Positions 33,115 through 43,467 of a DNA stretch of 64,000 bases are shown one piece after another. Source of the stretch: an uncultured Actinomycetes bacterium (lineage in GTDB: Bacteria; Actinomycetota; Actinomycetes; Streptosporangiales; Streptosporangiaceae); assembly GCA_963834705.1 (NCBI GenBank), contig CAWICV010000014.1, forward strand, positions 77,328 through 141,327, written 5' to 3'. Position 1 is the stretch's first letter. Each line of letters starts with the position of its first letter. The translations under genes were made by a program, and so were the position numbers. The notes under the pieces are model-generated. The model saw only the letters and a program-made list of their open reading frames with translations, searched no databases and was not told the DNA's origin.

Positions 33115-33957
33115 GTGCCCAGTCTGGTCGTCGACGCGCATACGCACCTGCTGCCGCCCCGGCTGCAGGCCGCGATCCGCGGTTTCTTCTACGCCCGTGG
33201 CTTTCCTGGTGACGGGTTCGCCTACCCGGCTGACCCGGGCGAGGCGCGCGACCGGCTGGCCGCCGAGGGGATCGGCGCGGCCTGGTCGCTGCCCTACGCG
33301 CGGCGGCCCGGCTCGGCCGCCGAACTGAACCGCGCCATGGCCCGGCTGGCCACCGCGCAGAGCGGCAGCGGTGCGCTGCGAGTGATCGGCGGCTGCACCG
33401 TGCACCCGGCCGACCGCCGCCCGGCCGACCTGGTCCGGACCGCGGTGGAAGACCTCGGCCTGCGGGTGCTCAAGCTGCACTGCTCGGTCGGTGACTTCGC
33501 GGCCGACGACCGGCGTCTCGACCCGGTCTGGGAGTACGTGTCGGCGGTGGCGCTGCCGGTCGTGCTGCACGCCGGGCACGCGCCGGACGGGCACACCGAG
33601 GCGGCCGAACTGGCCCCGGTCGAGACGGTAGCCCGCCGCCACCCGGAGGCGCGCATCATCATCGCGCACTGCGGCCATGCCGCCAGCGACGTGACGCTCC
33701 GGCTGGTGGCCGGGCATCCCGGGCTGCACGCCGACCTGACCCCGGTGCTGCACCAGCCGGTCCGGCCCGATCCGGCCCAGGTGGCCGCGGTGGCGGGCAA
33801 GGTGCTGTTCGGCTCGGACGCGCCCAACACCGGGCTGAGCGTGTCCAGCCTGCTGGCCGGCCTGGCCGCGGCCGACGGCGGCGGTCTCTCAGCTGAGGCC
33901 AGGACGGCCATCACCGGCGGCACGGCCCAGCGGCTCATCGAAGATGTGCGGGCCTGA
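33115..33957 (+). CDS. Amidohydrolase-2 family (metal-dependent TIM-barrel hydrolase/decarboxylase-like) protein
   Basis: 'VVDAHTHLLPP', 'VLKLHCSVGDF', 'PVVLHAGH', 'IIIAHCGH' and 'VLFGSDAPN' form the metal-ligand pattern typical of this family. Confidence 0.8.
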   Translation: MPSLVVDAHTHLLPPRLQAAIRGFFYARGFPGDGFAYPADPGEARDRLAAEGIGAAWSLPYARRPGSAAELNRAMARLATAQSGSGALRVIGGCTVHPADRRPADLVRTAVEDLGLRVLKLHCSVGDFAADDRRLDPVWEYVSAVALPVVLHAGHAPDGHTEAAELAPVETVARRHPEARIIIAHCGHAASDVTLRLVAGHPGLHADLTPVLHQPVRPDPAQVAAVAGKVLFGSDAPNTGLSVSSLLAGLAAADGGGLSAEARTAITGGTAQRLIEDVRA

Positions 33958-33972
33958 CGCCACAAGAGCAAA

Positions 33973-34010
33973 AGAGCCGCCGCCCGGTCGGTGGACCGGA
34001 CGGCGGCTCT
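33973..34010 (-). terminator. Intrinsic-terminator-like hairpin between convergent genes; the U-tract is on the lon side
   Basis: 'agagccgccg' ... 'cggcggctct' is a perfect 10-bp stem enclosing a second palindrome, ccggtc-ggtg-gaccgg. On the minus strand it is followed by 'cttttgctctt'. Confidence 0.55.
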
Positions 34011-34029
34011 CGGCTGAGACGAGCCGGCC

Positions 34030-36405
34030 TCAGGCGGCGATGGGCGCCTGCGACCTGGCTGGCTCCAGGGCCAGGCCGAGCACCTCGCGGACGTCGCTCA
34101 CCGTGTGCACGGTCAGCTGGTTCCGCACGTCCTCGGGCACATCCTCCAGGTCGGGCTCGTTCCGCTTCGGGATGAGCACTGTGGTGAGGCCGGCCCGGTG
34201 CGCGGCGAGCAGCTTCTGCTTCACCCCGCCGATCGGCAGCACCCGCCCGGTCAGCGAGACCTCACCGGTCATGGCCACGTCCGAGCGGACCAGCCGGCCC
34301 GACAGCAGCGAGGCCAGCGCGGTGGTCATGGTGACCCCGGCGCTCGGCCCGTCCTTGGGCACCGCGCCCGCGGGCACGTGCACGTGGACGCCGCGCTCCT
34401 TCAGGTCGCCGACCGGCAGCTCCAGCTCCGCGCCGTGCGAGCGCAGGTAGGACAGGGCGATCTGGGCCGACTCCTTCATCACGTCACCAAGCTGCCCGGT
34501 GAGCGTGACACCGGTGGTGCCGGTCTCCGGGTCGGCCAGCGACGCCTCGATGAACAGCACGTCGCCGCCGGTGCCGGTGACCGCCAGCCCGGTGGCCACA
34601 CCGGGGACCGCGGTCCGCTCGGCCGACTCCGGGGTGTGCCGGGGGTGGCCCAGATACCCGTGCAGGTCGGCCACGTCCACGGTGATTGGCAGCGTGGTCT
34701 CACCCGTCGCCACCTGGGCCGCGACCTTCCGCAGCACCTGGGCGATGGTCCGCTCCAGCGACCGGACGCCCGCTTCCCGGGTGTACTCGGACGCCAGCCG
34801 GTGCAGCGCGGCGCCGGTCAGCGTCACGTCGGGCGCCTCCAGGCCGGCCCGCTCCAGCTGACGCGGCAGCAGGTGACCCTGGGCGATGGTGACCTTCTCG
34901 GCCTCGGTGTAGCCGTCCAGCTGGATCAGCTCCATCCGGTCCAGCAGCGGGCCGGGGATCATCTCCAGCGCGTTCGCGGTCGCGATGAACAGCACGTCCG
35001 ACAGGTCGAGCTCGACCTCCAGGTAGTGGTCGCGGAACGTGTGGTTCTGCGCCGGGTCCAGCACTTCGAGCAGCGCCGCGGTGGGGTCGCCGCGGTAGTC
35101 CGCGCCGAGCTTGTCCACCTCGTCCAGCAGGATGACCGGGTTCATCGAACCCGCCTCGCGGACGGCCCGGACGATCCGGCCGGGCAGCGCGCCGACGTAG
35201 GTGCGCCGGTGACCGCGGATTTCCGCCTCGTCCCGCACGCCGCCCAGCGCGACCCGGGCGAACTTGCGGCCCATGGCCCGGGCCACCGACTCACCCAGCG
35301 AGGTCTTGCCCACGCCAGGCGGGCCGGCCAGCGCCAGCACCGCGCCGCTGCGGCGGCCACCGACCAGGGTCAGGCCCTTGTCCGAGCGCCGCTTGCGCAC
35401 CGCCAGGTACTCGATGATCCGGTCCTTGACGTCGTCCAGGCCGGCGTGGTCCGCGTCCAGGATGGCGCGCGCGCCGGTGATGTCATACGCGTCGCCGGTC
35501 CGCTCGTTCCACGGGATCTCCAGCACCGTGTCCAGCCAGGTGCGGATCCAGCTGCCCTCGGGAGACGCGTCGCTGGACCGCTCCAGCTTGGCCGCCTCCT
35601 TCATCGCCGCCTCGTGCACCTTCTCCGGCAGAGCGGCCTGCTCGATGCGGGCCTTGTAGTCCTCTTCCTCGGTGCCCGGCTCGCCGTCCAGCTCGGCCAG
35701 TTCCTTACGGATCGCGGCCAGCTGCTGGCGGAGCAGGAACTCGCGCTGCTGCTTCTCCATGCCCTCGCGGACATCGTTCTGGATGGTCTCGGCCACGTCC
35801 AGCTCGGCCAGCTGGTCCCGGGCCCACCCGGTGAGCAGCTCGAGCCGCTGCTCCGGGTCGATCGTCTCGAGCAGCTCGGTGCGCTGCTCCATGGTCAGGT
35901 ACCCGGCGTAGCCAGCGCTGTCGGCCAGCGCGGACGGGTCGGTGATCCGCTGCAGCACGTCGACCACCTGCCAGGCGCCACGCTTCTGCAGGATGGTCGC
36001 GGCCAGCCCACGGTACTCGCGGGCCAGTTCCTGGGCCCGCTCGGAGGCGGGCGGCTCGTCTATCACGGTGCCCTCGACCCACAGCGCCGCGCCGAGGCCG
36101 GTCGTGCCGACGCCGATGCGCACCCGGGACAGGCCACGGATCACCGCGGCGGGCTCACCGCTGGGCAGCCGGCCGGTCTGCTCGACCGCGCCCAGCGTGC
36201 CGATCGCGGGGTATTTACCATTCAGCCGCGGCACCAGCAGCACCTGCGGCGTCTTGTCTGACCCACCTGGCACCGCCGCGGACATCTGCGCGGCCTGGAT
36301 CGCCGCGCGGGCCTCAGTAGCGGAGGTGTCCAGCGGCACCACCATCGTCGGCAGCACCACTGAATCGTCCAGTGGCAGCACCGGCAGGCGGAGTGTTTCG
36401 CTCAT
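34030..36405 (-). CDS. lon: ATP-dependent Lon protease (endopeptidase La)
   Basis: '[19 protein letters not shown]' (LON N-domain), Walker A '[10 protein letters not shown]' and protease-domain '[21 protein letters not shown]'. ATG 36405 has RBS 'aggaag'. Confidence 0.95.
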   Translation of the reverse strand: MSETLRLPVLPLDDSVVLPTMVVPLDTSATEARAAIQAAQMSAAVPGGSDKTPQVLLVPRLNGKYPAIGTLGAVEQTGRLPSGEPAAVIRGLSRVRIGVGTTGLGAALWVEGTVIDEPPASERAQELAREYRGLAATILQKRGAWQVVDVLQRITDPSALADSAGYAGYLTMEQRTELLETIDPEQRLELLTGWARDQLAELDVAETIQNDVREGMEKQQREFLLRQQLAAIRKELAELDGEPGTEEEDYKARIEQAALPEKVHEAAMKEAAKLERSSDASPEGSWIRTWLDTVLEIPWNERTGDAYDITGARAILDADHAGLDDVKDRIIEYLAVRKRRSDKGLTLVGGRRSGAVLALAGPPGVGKTSLGESVARAMGRKFARVALGGVRDEAEIRGHRRTYVGALPGRIVRAVREAGSMNPVILLDEVDKLGADYRGDPTAALLEVLDPAQNHTFRDHYLEVELDLSDVLFIATANALEMIPGPLLDRMELIQLDGYTEAEKVTIAQGHLLPRQLERAGLEAPDVTLTGAALHRLASEYTREAGVRSLERTIAQVLRKVAAQVATGETTLPITVDVADLHGYLGHPRHTPESAERTAVPGVATGLAVTGTGGDVLFIEASLADPETGTTGVTLTGQLGDVMKESAQIALSYLRSHGAELELPVGDLKERGVHVHVPAGAVPKDGPSAGVTMTTALASLLSGRLVRSDVAMTGEVSLTGRVLPIGGVKQKLLAAHRAGLTTVLIPKRNEPDLEDVPEDVRNQLTVHTVSDVREVLGLALEPARSQAPIAA

Positions 36406-36682
36406 GGTCACTTCCTGATAATCGGGCTTGTCGTTTCCCTTCAACAAGAGCCTGCGTGGTTTGTTTCCGGAATCCGTTCGCCCTCAGCGGACGTGCATTT
36501 AGGCAGCTCAGAGGGGTGGCCGGAGTGGCGTGCACAGAACCCTGCCAGAAGAGGGCCGCCATTGCGCACGGCCCATTGAGCCCGGGGCCGGGGTTAGCGA
36601 CGCTGGCAATAACCATGCCCTGGGCGCAGCTATTCCCAGGGGCCCAGCCGGGCTGGATGCGGGCCGGGCGTAGCTTGTAGCA

Positions 36683-36997
36683 ATGAGCGAGCTGCCACCG
36701 GAACCACCGCACCAGCCGTCCGAGTTCCACCGCCGCCGGACCGAGCACGGCGGCGAGATCGACCGTCTCGACGACGACCAGCTGGCCGAGCTGACCGAAG
36801 AGGAACGGGTAGACGCGGGGCTCGATTCCTACGACCCGGACGAGGTGCCGCCGGCCACCGACGACCCGGTGCCCACCGACGTGTCGGACAGCCCCGAGTA
36901 CCAGGACGCGCGGGCCGAGATCGACAAGGAAGAGGCCGAGGGCGAGCTGCGGCCGGGCCAGGACGGCTTCCCGCCCACCCGGTACGACGAGTCGTAA
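36683..36997 (+). CDS. Small highly acidic protein (DUF5709-like, from memory)
   Basis: 104 aa, rich in D/E/P, ending 'GFPPTRYDES'. It has a clean ATG and codon bias consistent with coding. Confidence 0.55.
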   Translation: MSELPPEPPHQPSEFHRRRTEHGGEIDRLDDDQLAELTEEERVDAGLDSYDPDEVPPATDDPVPTDVSDSPEYQDARAEIDKEEAEGELRPGQDGFPPTRYDES

Positions 36998-37010
36998 CCC
37001 CCCAGAGTTT

Positions 37011-37108
37011 CAGCAGGCAGAATCCAGCAAGCAGAGTTCAGCAGGCAGAGCTCAGTCAGCAGAGCTCAGCAGGCAGAGTTCAGCAGGCAGAGCTCAGTCA
37101 GCAGAGCT
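37011..37108. repeat. 14-bp tandem repeat 'cagcaggcagagNt' x7 (42-bp higher-order unit x2)
   Basis: Read directly. It fills the convergent intergenic gap, and a degenerate eighth copy runs into the 3' end of the CAP-domain gene. Confidence 0.95.
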
Positions 37109-37896
37109 CAGTTGGCGAAGTCCTGGGTCAGCCACACCGTGCCGGAACTGTCCCGGAACACAGCGATGCCGATGTGCGTGAACGCCGAGCTCAGGATGTT
37201 CAGGCGGTGGCCGTCGTCGGGTGGCTTCTCGTCCAGCATGCTCTGGGTCAGCCCCACCGCCATTTGCGCGATGGCCGCCTCGGTACCGGCCACCGGGCCG
37301 CCCTCGCCGACGTTCTCCCCGGCCGCGGTCCAGTGCACGCCGGCCGCGGTCTCCCGCGCGCCCGGGGCCGGCTCGCCCGGGCACTGGTGGGACAGCCCGC
37401 AGCCGGCCGCCATCACCGCATTGTGCCGGCCCGCGCTGGTATCCAGGCCGGCCAGCACCGCATAGGCGGGCAGGCCGGCCTGGGCACGAGCTTGATTAAT
37501 CAACGCCAGTACCTGCTGGGCCGCCGCATCCAGGCTCGCGGTCTGCCCGGCCGGGGGGTCCCCTGCCGGGGTGGCGGCCGGGGTGGGCCGATGTGACGCG
37601 GCAGGTACTGGCGTTCGGTGGTGATGATGGTGGTGCCGGGCGGCTGAGGTGCGCGGCGCTACGGCGGGCTGGTGGTAGCCGGTGGCCAGGGGCCGGACGC
37701 ATGGGGTGGCCGCGGCCACCCCGGGGCAGCCCGCCGCCGTCGCGGTGAGCCGGGCCGGCCCGGTGGCGTCGGTCATCCGCGCCGCGCGGTTGGGCTGATG
37801 CGTGATGATCAGGGCCGCCACGACGACCGCCGCCACCGCGAACAGGGCGCTGAGCACAAGGGACCGGTTGTGCCGCCTGGATCCGTGCGCTGGCAT
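37108..37896 (-). CDS. CAP/SCP-domain (YkwD-like) secreted protein
   Basis: N-terminal TM/signal segment and a Pro/Ala/His-rich linker. The CAP domain is 'QVLALINQARAQAGLPAY...RHNAVMA...SHQCPGEP...GENVGEG...HRLNILSSAFTHIGIAV'. Confidence 0.8.
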   Translation of the reverse strand: MPAHGSRRHNRSLVLSALFAVAAVVVAALIITHQPNRAARMTDATGPARLTATAAGCPGVAAATPCVRPLATGYHQPAVAPRTSAARHHHHHHRTPVPAASHRPTPAATPAGDPPAGQTASLDAAAQQVLALINQARAQAGLPAYAVLAGLDTSAGRHNAVMAAGCGLSHQCPGEPAPGARETAAGVHWTAAGENVGEGGPVAGTEAAIAQMAVGLTQSMLDEKPPDDGHRLNILSSAFTHIGIAVFRDSSGTVWLTQDFAN

Positions 37897-38025
37897 CGCG
37901 CCACCTCCAACCCGCCGATGATCGTAGCGGCGGCCGGGCGGCCAGATGCCCGGTTTGCCGGGCCTGGTGGCCGGCGGCCGGGAGCGTCCAGGTGATCATG
38001 GCAGGGAGCGGAGGAGGCGTGCCGG

Positions 38026-39549
38026 ATGTCAGAGCGCATCGTGATCGATGGCTCGTCGCTGACCTGCGCGCAGGTCGCGCGGGCCGGCCGGGGCGAGGCG
38101 CCCGTCGAGGTGGCCCCGGCGGCCGTTGCCGCGGCCACCGCGGCCTGGCAGGTGGCCCGGGAGGTGGCCGCGGCCCGGCCGGTCTACGGCTGGACCACCG
38201 GGGTCGGCGCGAACCGCACCGTCCAGGTGGCCGCGGCTGAAGCGGCCGAGCACGGGCTGAACCTGCTGCGCAGCCACGCGGCCGGGGCCGGCCCGCTGCT
38301 CGCCCCGGACCTGGCCCGGGCCATGCTGGTCGTCCGGCTGAACCAGATCGGGGCGGGCGGCTCCGGGGTCGACCCGGGGGTGCTGGACGTGCTGGCCGAC
38401 GCGATCAACCGGGGGTTCGTCCCGCCGGTGCCGCGGTACGGGGCGATCGGCACCGGTGACCTGACCGCGCTGGCCGCGACCGGGCTGTGCCTGCTCGGCG
38501 AGCGGGACTGGATGGCGGGCAGTGGCCCGCCGCCGCGCTTCGCGCTACGCCCGGCCGAGGTGCTCGGCTTCCAGAGCAGCAGCGCCGCGACGCTCGGTGA
38601 GGCCGCCCTGGCCTGCGCCGACCTGGACAGGCTGAGCCGGGCGGCGGTGCCCATCGCGGCGCTGTCGCTGCTCGCGGTGCGCGGGTCGGCCGAGCCGTTC
38701 GCGGCCGCCGTGCAGCGGGCCCGGCCGCATCCCGGCCAGCAGCAGGTCGCCGCGGCCGTCCGCGAGCTGACCGAAGGACAGCCCGCGGTGTCGCCCCGGG
38801 GGGACGATTCCCTGCTCTGCTCCCCCGGGGGACTCCCCCCGGAACCCCCGGCCCCGGAGCAGCCGGCCCGGCTGCAGGACCCGTACGGCTACCGGGCGTT
38901 CCCGCAGGTGCACGGCGTGGCTGTGGACGCGGCGGCACAGGCGTCACACGTGGTCACCGTGGACATCAACGCGGCCAGCGAGAACCCGCTGGTCGACCCG
39001 GCCGGGCACACCGTGTGGCACAACGGCAACTTCCACGCTACATATGCCGGGCTGGCCCTGGACGCGGCCCGGGCGGCGCTGTTCCAGACCGCGGCGCTCG
39101 GTGCGGCCCGGCTCGGCACGCTGGTCGAGCCGGCCTTCACCGGCCTGGAGGCGTTCGCCGCGGACACCCCGGCCAGCTCGGGGATCATGATCCTGGAGTA
39201 CGTCTGCCAGTCCGCGGTGGCCGACATCCGCCGGCTGGCCGCCCCAGCCGCGCTGGGCAGCGCGGTGCTGTCCCGCGGCGTGGAGGAGCACGCCGGCTTC
39301 TCCACCCAGTCGGCCCACGCCAGCAGCGAAGCGATCACCGCCTACCGGGCCGTGCTGGCCTGCGAACTGGTCGGCGCGGTGCGGGTGCTGCGGATGCAGC
39401 GCCGCGGCCCAGCGGACGGCCCGCTGCGGGCCGCGTTCGACACGGCCACCGCGGTGCTCGACCCGCGCACCGCGGACCGTCCGCTGGACGGTGACCTGGC
39501 CGCCGCCGACGGGCTGCTCGACGGGTTCGCCAGCCTGCTGCCCGGCTGA
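38026..39549 (+). CDS. Aromatic-amino-acid-lyase (HAL/PAL/TAL) family protein lacking the canonical Ala-Ser-Gly MIO triad
   Basis: 'VYGWTTGVGANRT' corresponds to YGxxTGFG and 'RLQDPYGYRAFPQVHG' to QDxYSxRCxPQV. At the MIO position it reads 'PRYGAIGTGDLTAL' instead of 'GSVGASGDLAPL'. A strong RBS 'ggaggagg' is present. Confidence 0.8.
   Translation: MSERIVIDGSSLTCAQVARAGRGEAPVEVAPAAVAAATAAWQVAREVAAARPVYGWTTGVGANRTVQVAAAEAAEHGLNLLRSHAAGAGPLLAPDLARAMLVVRLNQIGAGGSGVDPGVLDVLADAINRGFVPPVPRYGAIGTGDLTALAATGLCLLGERDWMAGSGPPPRFALRPAEVLGFQSSSAATLGEAALACADLDRLSRAAVPIAALSLLAVRGSAEPFAAAVQRARPHPGQQQVAAAVRELTEGQPAVSPRGDDSLLCSPGGLPPEPPAPEQPARLQDPYGYRAFPQVHGVAVDAAAQASHVVTVDINAASENPLVDPAGHTVWHNGNFHATYAGLALDAARAALFQTAALGAARLGTLVEPAFTGLEAFAADTPASSGIMILEYVCQSAVADIRRLAAPAALGSAVLSRGVEEHAGFSTQSAHASSEAITAYRAVLACELVGAVRVLRMQRRGPADGPLRAAFDTATAVLDPRTADRPLDGDLAAADGLLDGFASLLPG
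38803..38867 (+). repeat. G-run/C-run hairpin repeat element, copy A, in-frame inside the HAL-family CDS
   Basis: 'gccccgggggga-cgattccctgctctgct-cccccggggg-act-ccccccgg-aa-cccccgg-ccccgg' encodes 'PRGDDSLLCSPGGLPPEPPAPE'. It aligns by eye to copy B along most of its ~65 nt. Confidence 0.6.
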
Positions 39550-39631
39550 CCGGCCGGCCCGCGCACGATCACACCAGCATCTTTAATCACGGCTGCCTCA
39601 GCCGGGGCGCACTCCTGCGGTGCCCAAACGA

Positions 39632-39690
39632 CATGGCTGTTTCATTCAGACGGTCCGGTGCGGGTCCGGTGCGCATGGCTGTTTCATTCA
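39632..39690 (+). promoter_or_regulatory. Perfect 17-bp direct repeat 'catggctgtttcattca' x2 at 42-bp spacing, upstream of the Mo-hydroxylase operon
   Basis: Copies lie at 39632-39648 and 39674-39690, separated by a small tandem 'gtccggtgcg' x2. They are AT-richer than the surroundings and 85-140 bp upstream of the ATG at 39775. Confidence 0.35.
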
Positions 39691-39774
39691 TGCCGTTGCC
39701 ATCCTGGCCGGTAGGCCACGTCCAGGCGTGCTCTATGGTGGGCCGGTACCGACCGGTAGCAGTAAGGAGACCTG

Positions 39775-42027
39775 ATGAGCATTCTGGGAACCCGGGTGGT
39801 GCGGACCGAGGACCCACGATTGCTCACCGCGGGCGGCACCTATACCGACGATCTCCGGCTGCCGGAACTGGCCGGCGCACTCCGGGTGACGTTCGTGCGC
39901 AGCCCGGTGGCGCACGCCGAGATCACCGGCGTCGACGCCAAGGCGGCGCTGGACAGCCCCGGGATGGTCACGGTGCTGACCGCCGCGGACGCCGACGATC
40001 TACCGCCCGGCGGGGACCGGCCGACCACCGAGCCGCTGCTCGCCACCGACCGGGTGCGCTATGTCGGCGAGCCGGTCGCGATCGTGCTGACCGAGGACGG
40101 TTACCAGGGCGAGGACGCGGCCGAGCTGGTCAGCGTGGACTACCAGCCGCTGAACCCGGTGGCCGGGGTGGACGCGGCGCTGGCCGATGAGTCGCTGCTG
40201 TTCCCGGCGGCGGGCTCCAACGTGGTCCGGTCCGGCGGCGGCCCGGCGCCGGATGACGCGTTCGACGGCTGCGACGTGGTGGTCGAGCGCACGTTCCCGA
40301 ACCAGCGGCTGGCCCCGGTCCCGCTGGAGGTCCGCGCGGCCGCCGCCACCTGGGTGGACGGCCGGCTCACGCTATGGGCCAGCACACAGAACGCTCAGCA
40401 GGCCCGGGATCAGGTGGCCGGGGCGCTCGGCCTGGACGCGGCCGCGGTGCGGGTGATCACCCCGGACGTCGGCGGCGGCTTCGGCGCCAAGATCGCCACC
40501 GACCGGGACACGCTCGTGGTGGCCTGGGCGGCCCGGCGGCTCGGCCGGCCGCTGCGCTGGGTGGAGACCCGGAACGAGAACCTGCTCGGCATGGTGCACG
40601 GCCGGGCCCAGCGGCACACGATCCGGATCGGCGGCACCCGGGACGGCCGGATCCTGGCCTACCACCTGGACATCGTCCAGGACTGCGGGGCCTACCCGCG
40701 GTTCGGGCTGTTCCTGCCCAACCTGACCCAGCTGATGGCCAGCGGCGTGTACGACCTGCCGTACTGCGGGTCCAGCTTCCAGGTCGTGGTGACCAGCACC
40801 ACGCCGATCTCGGCCTACCGGGGCGCCGGGCGGCCCGAGGCCACCGCGGCCATCGAACGCGCGGTGGACCTGTTCGCCGCCGAGATCGGCCTGGACCCGG
40901 CCGAGGTGCGCCGCCGCAACCTGGTGCCCCCGGACGCGTTCCCATACACCACCCCGGGCGGGGCGGTGTATGACACGGGCGCTTACGAGGCGGCGCTGGA
41001 CAAGGTGCTGGCCGCGGCCGGGTACCCGGAGCTGCGCGCCGAGCAGGCCCGGCGCCGGGAACGCGGCTCGGTAGCACAGCTCGGCATCGGGGTGTCCTGC
41101 TACGTCGAGATCACCGCCGGGGACTACTCCGGCGGCGAGACATCCCGGCTGGTGGTTGACGGCACCGGGGGCGCCACCGTGTACACCGGCAGCTCGCCGC
41201 ACGGCCAGGGCCACGCCACCGCGTACGCCATGCTGGTGACCAGCGAGCTCGGCATCCCGATGGACCGGATCACGGTGCGGCACGGCGACACCGACGAAGT
41301 GCCCCGGGGCGTCGGCACCTATGGCTCCCGCTCGCTGCAGCTCGGCGGCAGCGCGGTGCACCAGGCCGCGGTCGAGGTGCGTGACCAGGCCCGCGGGCTG
41401 GCTGCGGGCCTGCTGGAGGCCAGCCAGGCCGACCTGGAGCTGGACCTGAGCCGGGGCGTCTGGCAGGTGCGCGGCGACCCGGACACCGCGCTGAGCTGGG
41501 CCGCGGTGGCTGGGCAGGCCGGCCCGGCGGGGCTGGCAGCCGACGTCGAGTTCAAGCCGGACAGTCCCACGTTCCCGTTCGGCGCGCACGTCGCGGTGGT
41601 CGAGGTGGACACCGAGACCGGTAAGACCACTCTGCTCCGGCACGTCACCGTGGACGACGCGGGACGGGTGCTGAACCCGGTGCTGGCCGAGGGACAGCGG
41701 CACGGCGGCATCGCCCAGGGAGTGGCCCAGGCGCTGCTCGAAGAGGTGCGCTACGACCCGGATGGCAACCCGCTGACCGGCACGCTGGCCGACTACGCCG
41801 CGATCACCGCCACCGAGCTGCCGTCGTTCGAGCTGGTCTCGCTGGAAACCCCGACCACGGTGAACCCGCTCGGCGTCAAGGGCATCGGCGAGGCCGGCAC
41901 GATCGGCGCCACCCCGGCCGCGCTCAGCGCCGTGGTGGACGCCGTCGCCCACCTTGGCGTCCGGCACATCGACATGCCAGCCACGCCGCTCCGGGTGTGG
42001 ACCGCGATCAGAGAGGCGCGCTCGTGA
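39775..42027 (+). CDS. Xanthine-dehydrogenase-family molybdopterin-binding large subunit (CoxL-like, form-II signature)
   Basis: '[24 protein letters not shown]' N-terminus and active-site loop '[10 protein letters not shown]'. RBS 'aaggag' is present. Confidence 0.9.
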   Translation: MSILGTRVVRTEDPRLLTAGGTYTDDLRLPELAGALRVTFVRSPVAHAEITGVDAKAALDSPGMVTVLTAADADDLPPGGDRPTTEPLLATDRVRYVGEPVAIVLTEDGYQGEDAAELVSVDYQPLNPVAGVDAALADESLLFPAAGSNVVRSGGGPAPDDAFDGCDVVVERTFPNQRLAPVPLEVRAAAATWVDGRLTLWASTQNAQQARDQVAGALGLDAAAVRVITPDVGGGFGAKIATDRDTLVVAWAARRLGRPLRWVETRNENLLGMVHGRAQRHTIRIGGTRDGRILAYHLDIVQDCGAYPRFGLFLPNLTQLMASGVYDLPYCGSSFQVVVTSTTPISAYRGAGRPEATAAIERAVDLFAAEIGLDPAEVRRRNLVPPDAFPYTTPGGAVYDTGAYEAALDKVLAAAGYPELRAEQARRRERGSVAQLGIGVSCYVEITAGDYSGGETSRLVVDGTGGATVYTGSSPHGQGHATAYAMLVTSELGIPMDRITVRHGDTDEVPRGVGTYGSRSLQLGGSAVHQAAVEVRDQARGLAAGLLEASQADLELDLSRGVWQVRGDPDTALSWAAVAGQAGPAGLAADVEFKPDSPTFPFGAHVAVVEVDTETGKTTLLRHVTVDDAGRVLNPVLAEGQRHGGIAQGVAQALLEEVRYDPDGNPLTGTLADYAAITATELPSFELVSLETPTTVNPLGVKGIGEAGTIGATPAALSAVVDAVAHLGVRHIDMPATPLRVWTAIREARS

Positions 42028-42629
42028 AGGTGACGATGACGGTGAACGGCGCTTCCGTGGCGGCGGACGTGGCGGACCGCACGCTGCTGGTGCACTTCCT
42101 GCGCGAGGTGGCCGGGCTGACCGCGACCAATGTCGGCTGCGACACAACCTCCTGCGGCGCCTGCACGGTGCTGCTGGACGGTGAGTCGGTGAAGTCGTGC
42201 ACCGTGCTGGCCGTCCAGGCCGATGGGCACGACGTGGTCACCGCCGAAGGGCTGGCCGGGCCGGACGGTGAGCTGCATCCGGTGCAGCGGGCGTTCCGCA
42301 GCGAGCACGGCCTGCAGTGCGGCTTCTGCACTCCGGGCATGGTGCTGGCCTCGGTGTCGCTGCTCCGGGAGAACCCGCGGCCGACTGAGGAGCAGGTCCG
42401 GATGGGGCTGGAAGGCAACCTGTGCCGGTGCACCGGCTACCACAACATCGTCCGCGCGGTGCTGGCCGCGGCCGGGGAGATGTCCGCCGGGGAGTTGGCG
42501 GCCGAGTCCGCTGAGCCGGCCGCCGGGAAGCCTGGCCGGGAGCTGGCCGGCGGGGAGCTGGCCGGCGGGGAGCTGGCCGGCGGGGAGCTGGCCGGCGGGG
42601 AGCTGGCCGGTGGCGAGGTGGCCCGGTGA
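42024..42629 (+). CDS. (2Fe-2S)-binding small subunit (CoxS-like) with a C-terminal (GELAG)5 repeat tail
   Basis: '[12 protein letters not shown]' and 'CGFCTPGM...[11 protein letters not shown]' are the cluster motifs. The start overlaps the coxL-like stop (GTGA), with an alternative ATG at 42036. Confidence 0.9.
   Translation: MKVTMTVNGASVAADVADRTLLVHFLREVAGLTATNVGCDTTSCGACTVLLDGESVKSCTVLAVQADGHDVVTAEGLAGPDGELHPVQRAFRSEHGLQCGFCTPGMVLASVSLLRENPRPTEEQVRMGLEGNLCRCTGYHNIVRAVLAAAGEMSAGELAAESAEPAAGKPGRELAGGELAGGELAGGELAGGELAGGEVAR
42540..42614 (+). repeat. 15-bp in-frame tandem repeat 'gagctggccggcggg' x5
   Basis: Read directly. It encodes ELAGG x5 at the 3' end of the CoxS-like gene. Confidence 0.95.
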
Positions 42630-43450
42630 TCCCGGCGCCATTCGCCTACCAGCGCGCATCCTCGGTGGACGAGGCGCTCGCACTGGTGGCCGAGTACGGC
42701 GACGAGGCCAAGTTCCTGGCCGGCGGGCATTCGCTGCTGCCGCTGATGAAGCTGCGGCTGGCCACGCCCGAGGTGATCATCGACCTGGCCCCGCTGCGCG
42801 GCGAGCTGAGCTACGTCCGGGATGGCGGCGGGCACATCGCGATCGGCGCGCTGACCCGGCACCACGACCTGGAACACTCCGCGCTGCTGGCTCAGGCCGT
42901 GCCGCTGCTGGCGCACGCGGCCGGCCAGGTGGGCGACCCGCAGATCCGGCACCGCGGCACGCTCGGCGGGTCGCTGGCGCACGGTGACCCCGCGTCCGAC
43001 CTGCCCGCCGTCATCCTGGCCCTGGACGCGGTCATGGTGGCCCGCGGCCCGCGCGGGGAGCGGGAGGTCGCCGCCGCCGACTTCTTCCAGGGTCTGTTCG
43101 AGACCGCCCTGGAGCCGGATGAGCTGCTGGTCGAGGTCCGGGTGCCCAAGCCGGCCGCGGCCGGCTGGTCGTTCCAGAAGTTCACCAAGCGGGCCATCGA
43201 CTGGGCCATCGTCGGGGTCGCGGTGCAGGGCACCTCGGTCGCCCTGGTCAATATGGCCAGTACCCCGGTCCGCGCGGCTGGGGTGGAACAGGCGCTGGCC
43301 AGCGGGGCCGGTCCGCGCGATGCGGCGGCGCACGCCGCCGAAGGGACCAGCCCGGTCGAGGACATCAACGCCACCCCGGCCTACCGCGAGCACCTGGCCC
43401 GGATCCTGACCGGCCGGGCCCTCGCGGAAGCCGCCGGGCGCGCCGGATAA
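42626..43450 (+). CDS. FAD-binding medium subunit (CoxM-like) of the molybdenum hydroxylase
   Basis: '[41 protein letters not shown]' and '[18 protein letters not shown]'. The start overlaps the CoxS-like stop (GTGA). Confidence 0.9.
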   Translation: MIPAPFAYQRASSVDEALALVAEYGDEAKFLAGGHSLLPLMKLRLATPEVIIDLAPLRGELSYVRDGGGHIAIGALTRHHDLEHSALLAQAVPLLAHAAGQVGDPQIRHRGTLGGSLAHGDPASDLPAVILALDAVMVARGPRGEREVAAADFFQGLFETALEPDELLVEVRVPKPAAAGWSFQKFTKRAIDWAIVGVAVQGTSVALVNMASTPVRAAGVEQALASGAGPRDAAAHAAEGTSPVEDINATPAYREHLARILTGRALAEAAGRAG

Positions 43451-43467
43451 CACGTCAAGGAGTCCGC

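Noticed and set aside
32311-33753. 480-aa minus-strand ORF as a single gene
   Set aside because: Its upstream two-thirds are antisense to a well-supported amidohydrolase gene. Only the 32340-33110 part carries protein-like segments, and those are spread over three frames.
36427-36448. HspR-associated inverted repeat (HAIR) upstream of lon, since lon belongs to the HspR regulon in streptomycetes
   Set aside because: 'cttgtcg-N8-caacaag' shares only the outer CTTG/CAAG with the consensus CTTGAGT-N7-ACTCAAG, and the spacing is off by one. That is too weak to call.
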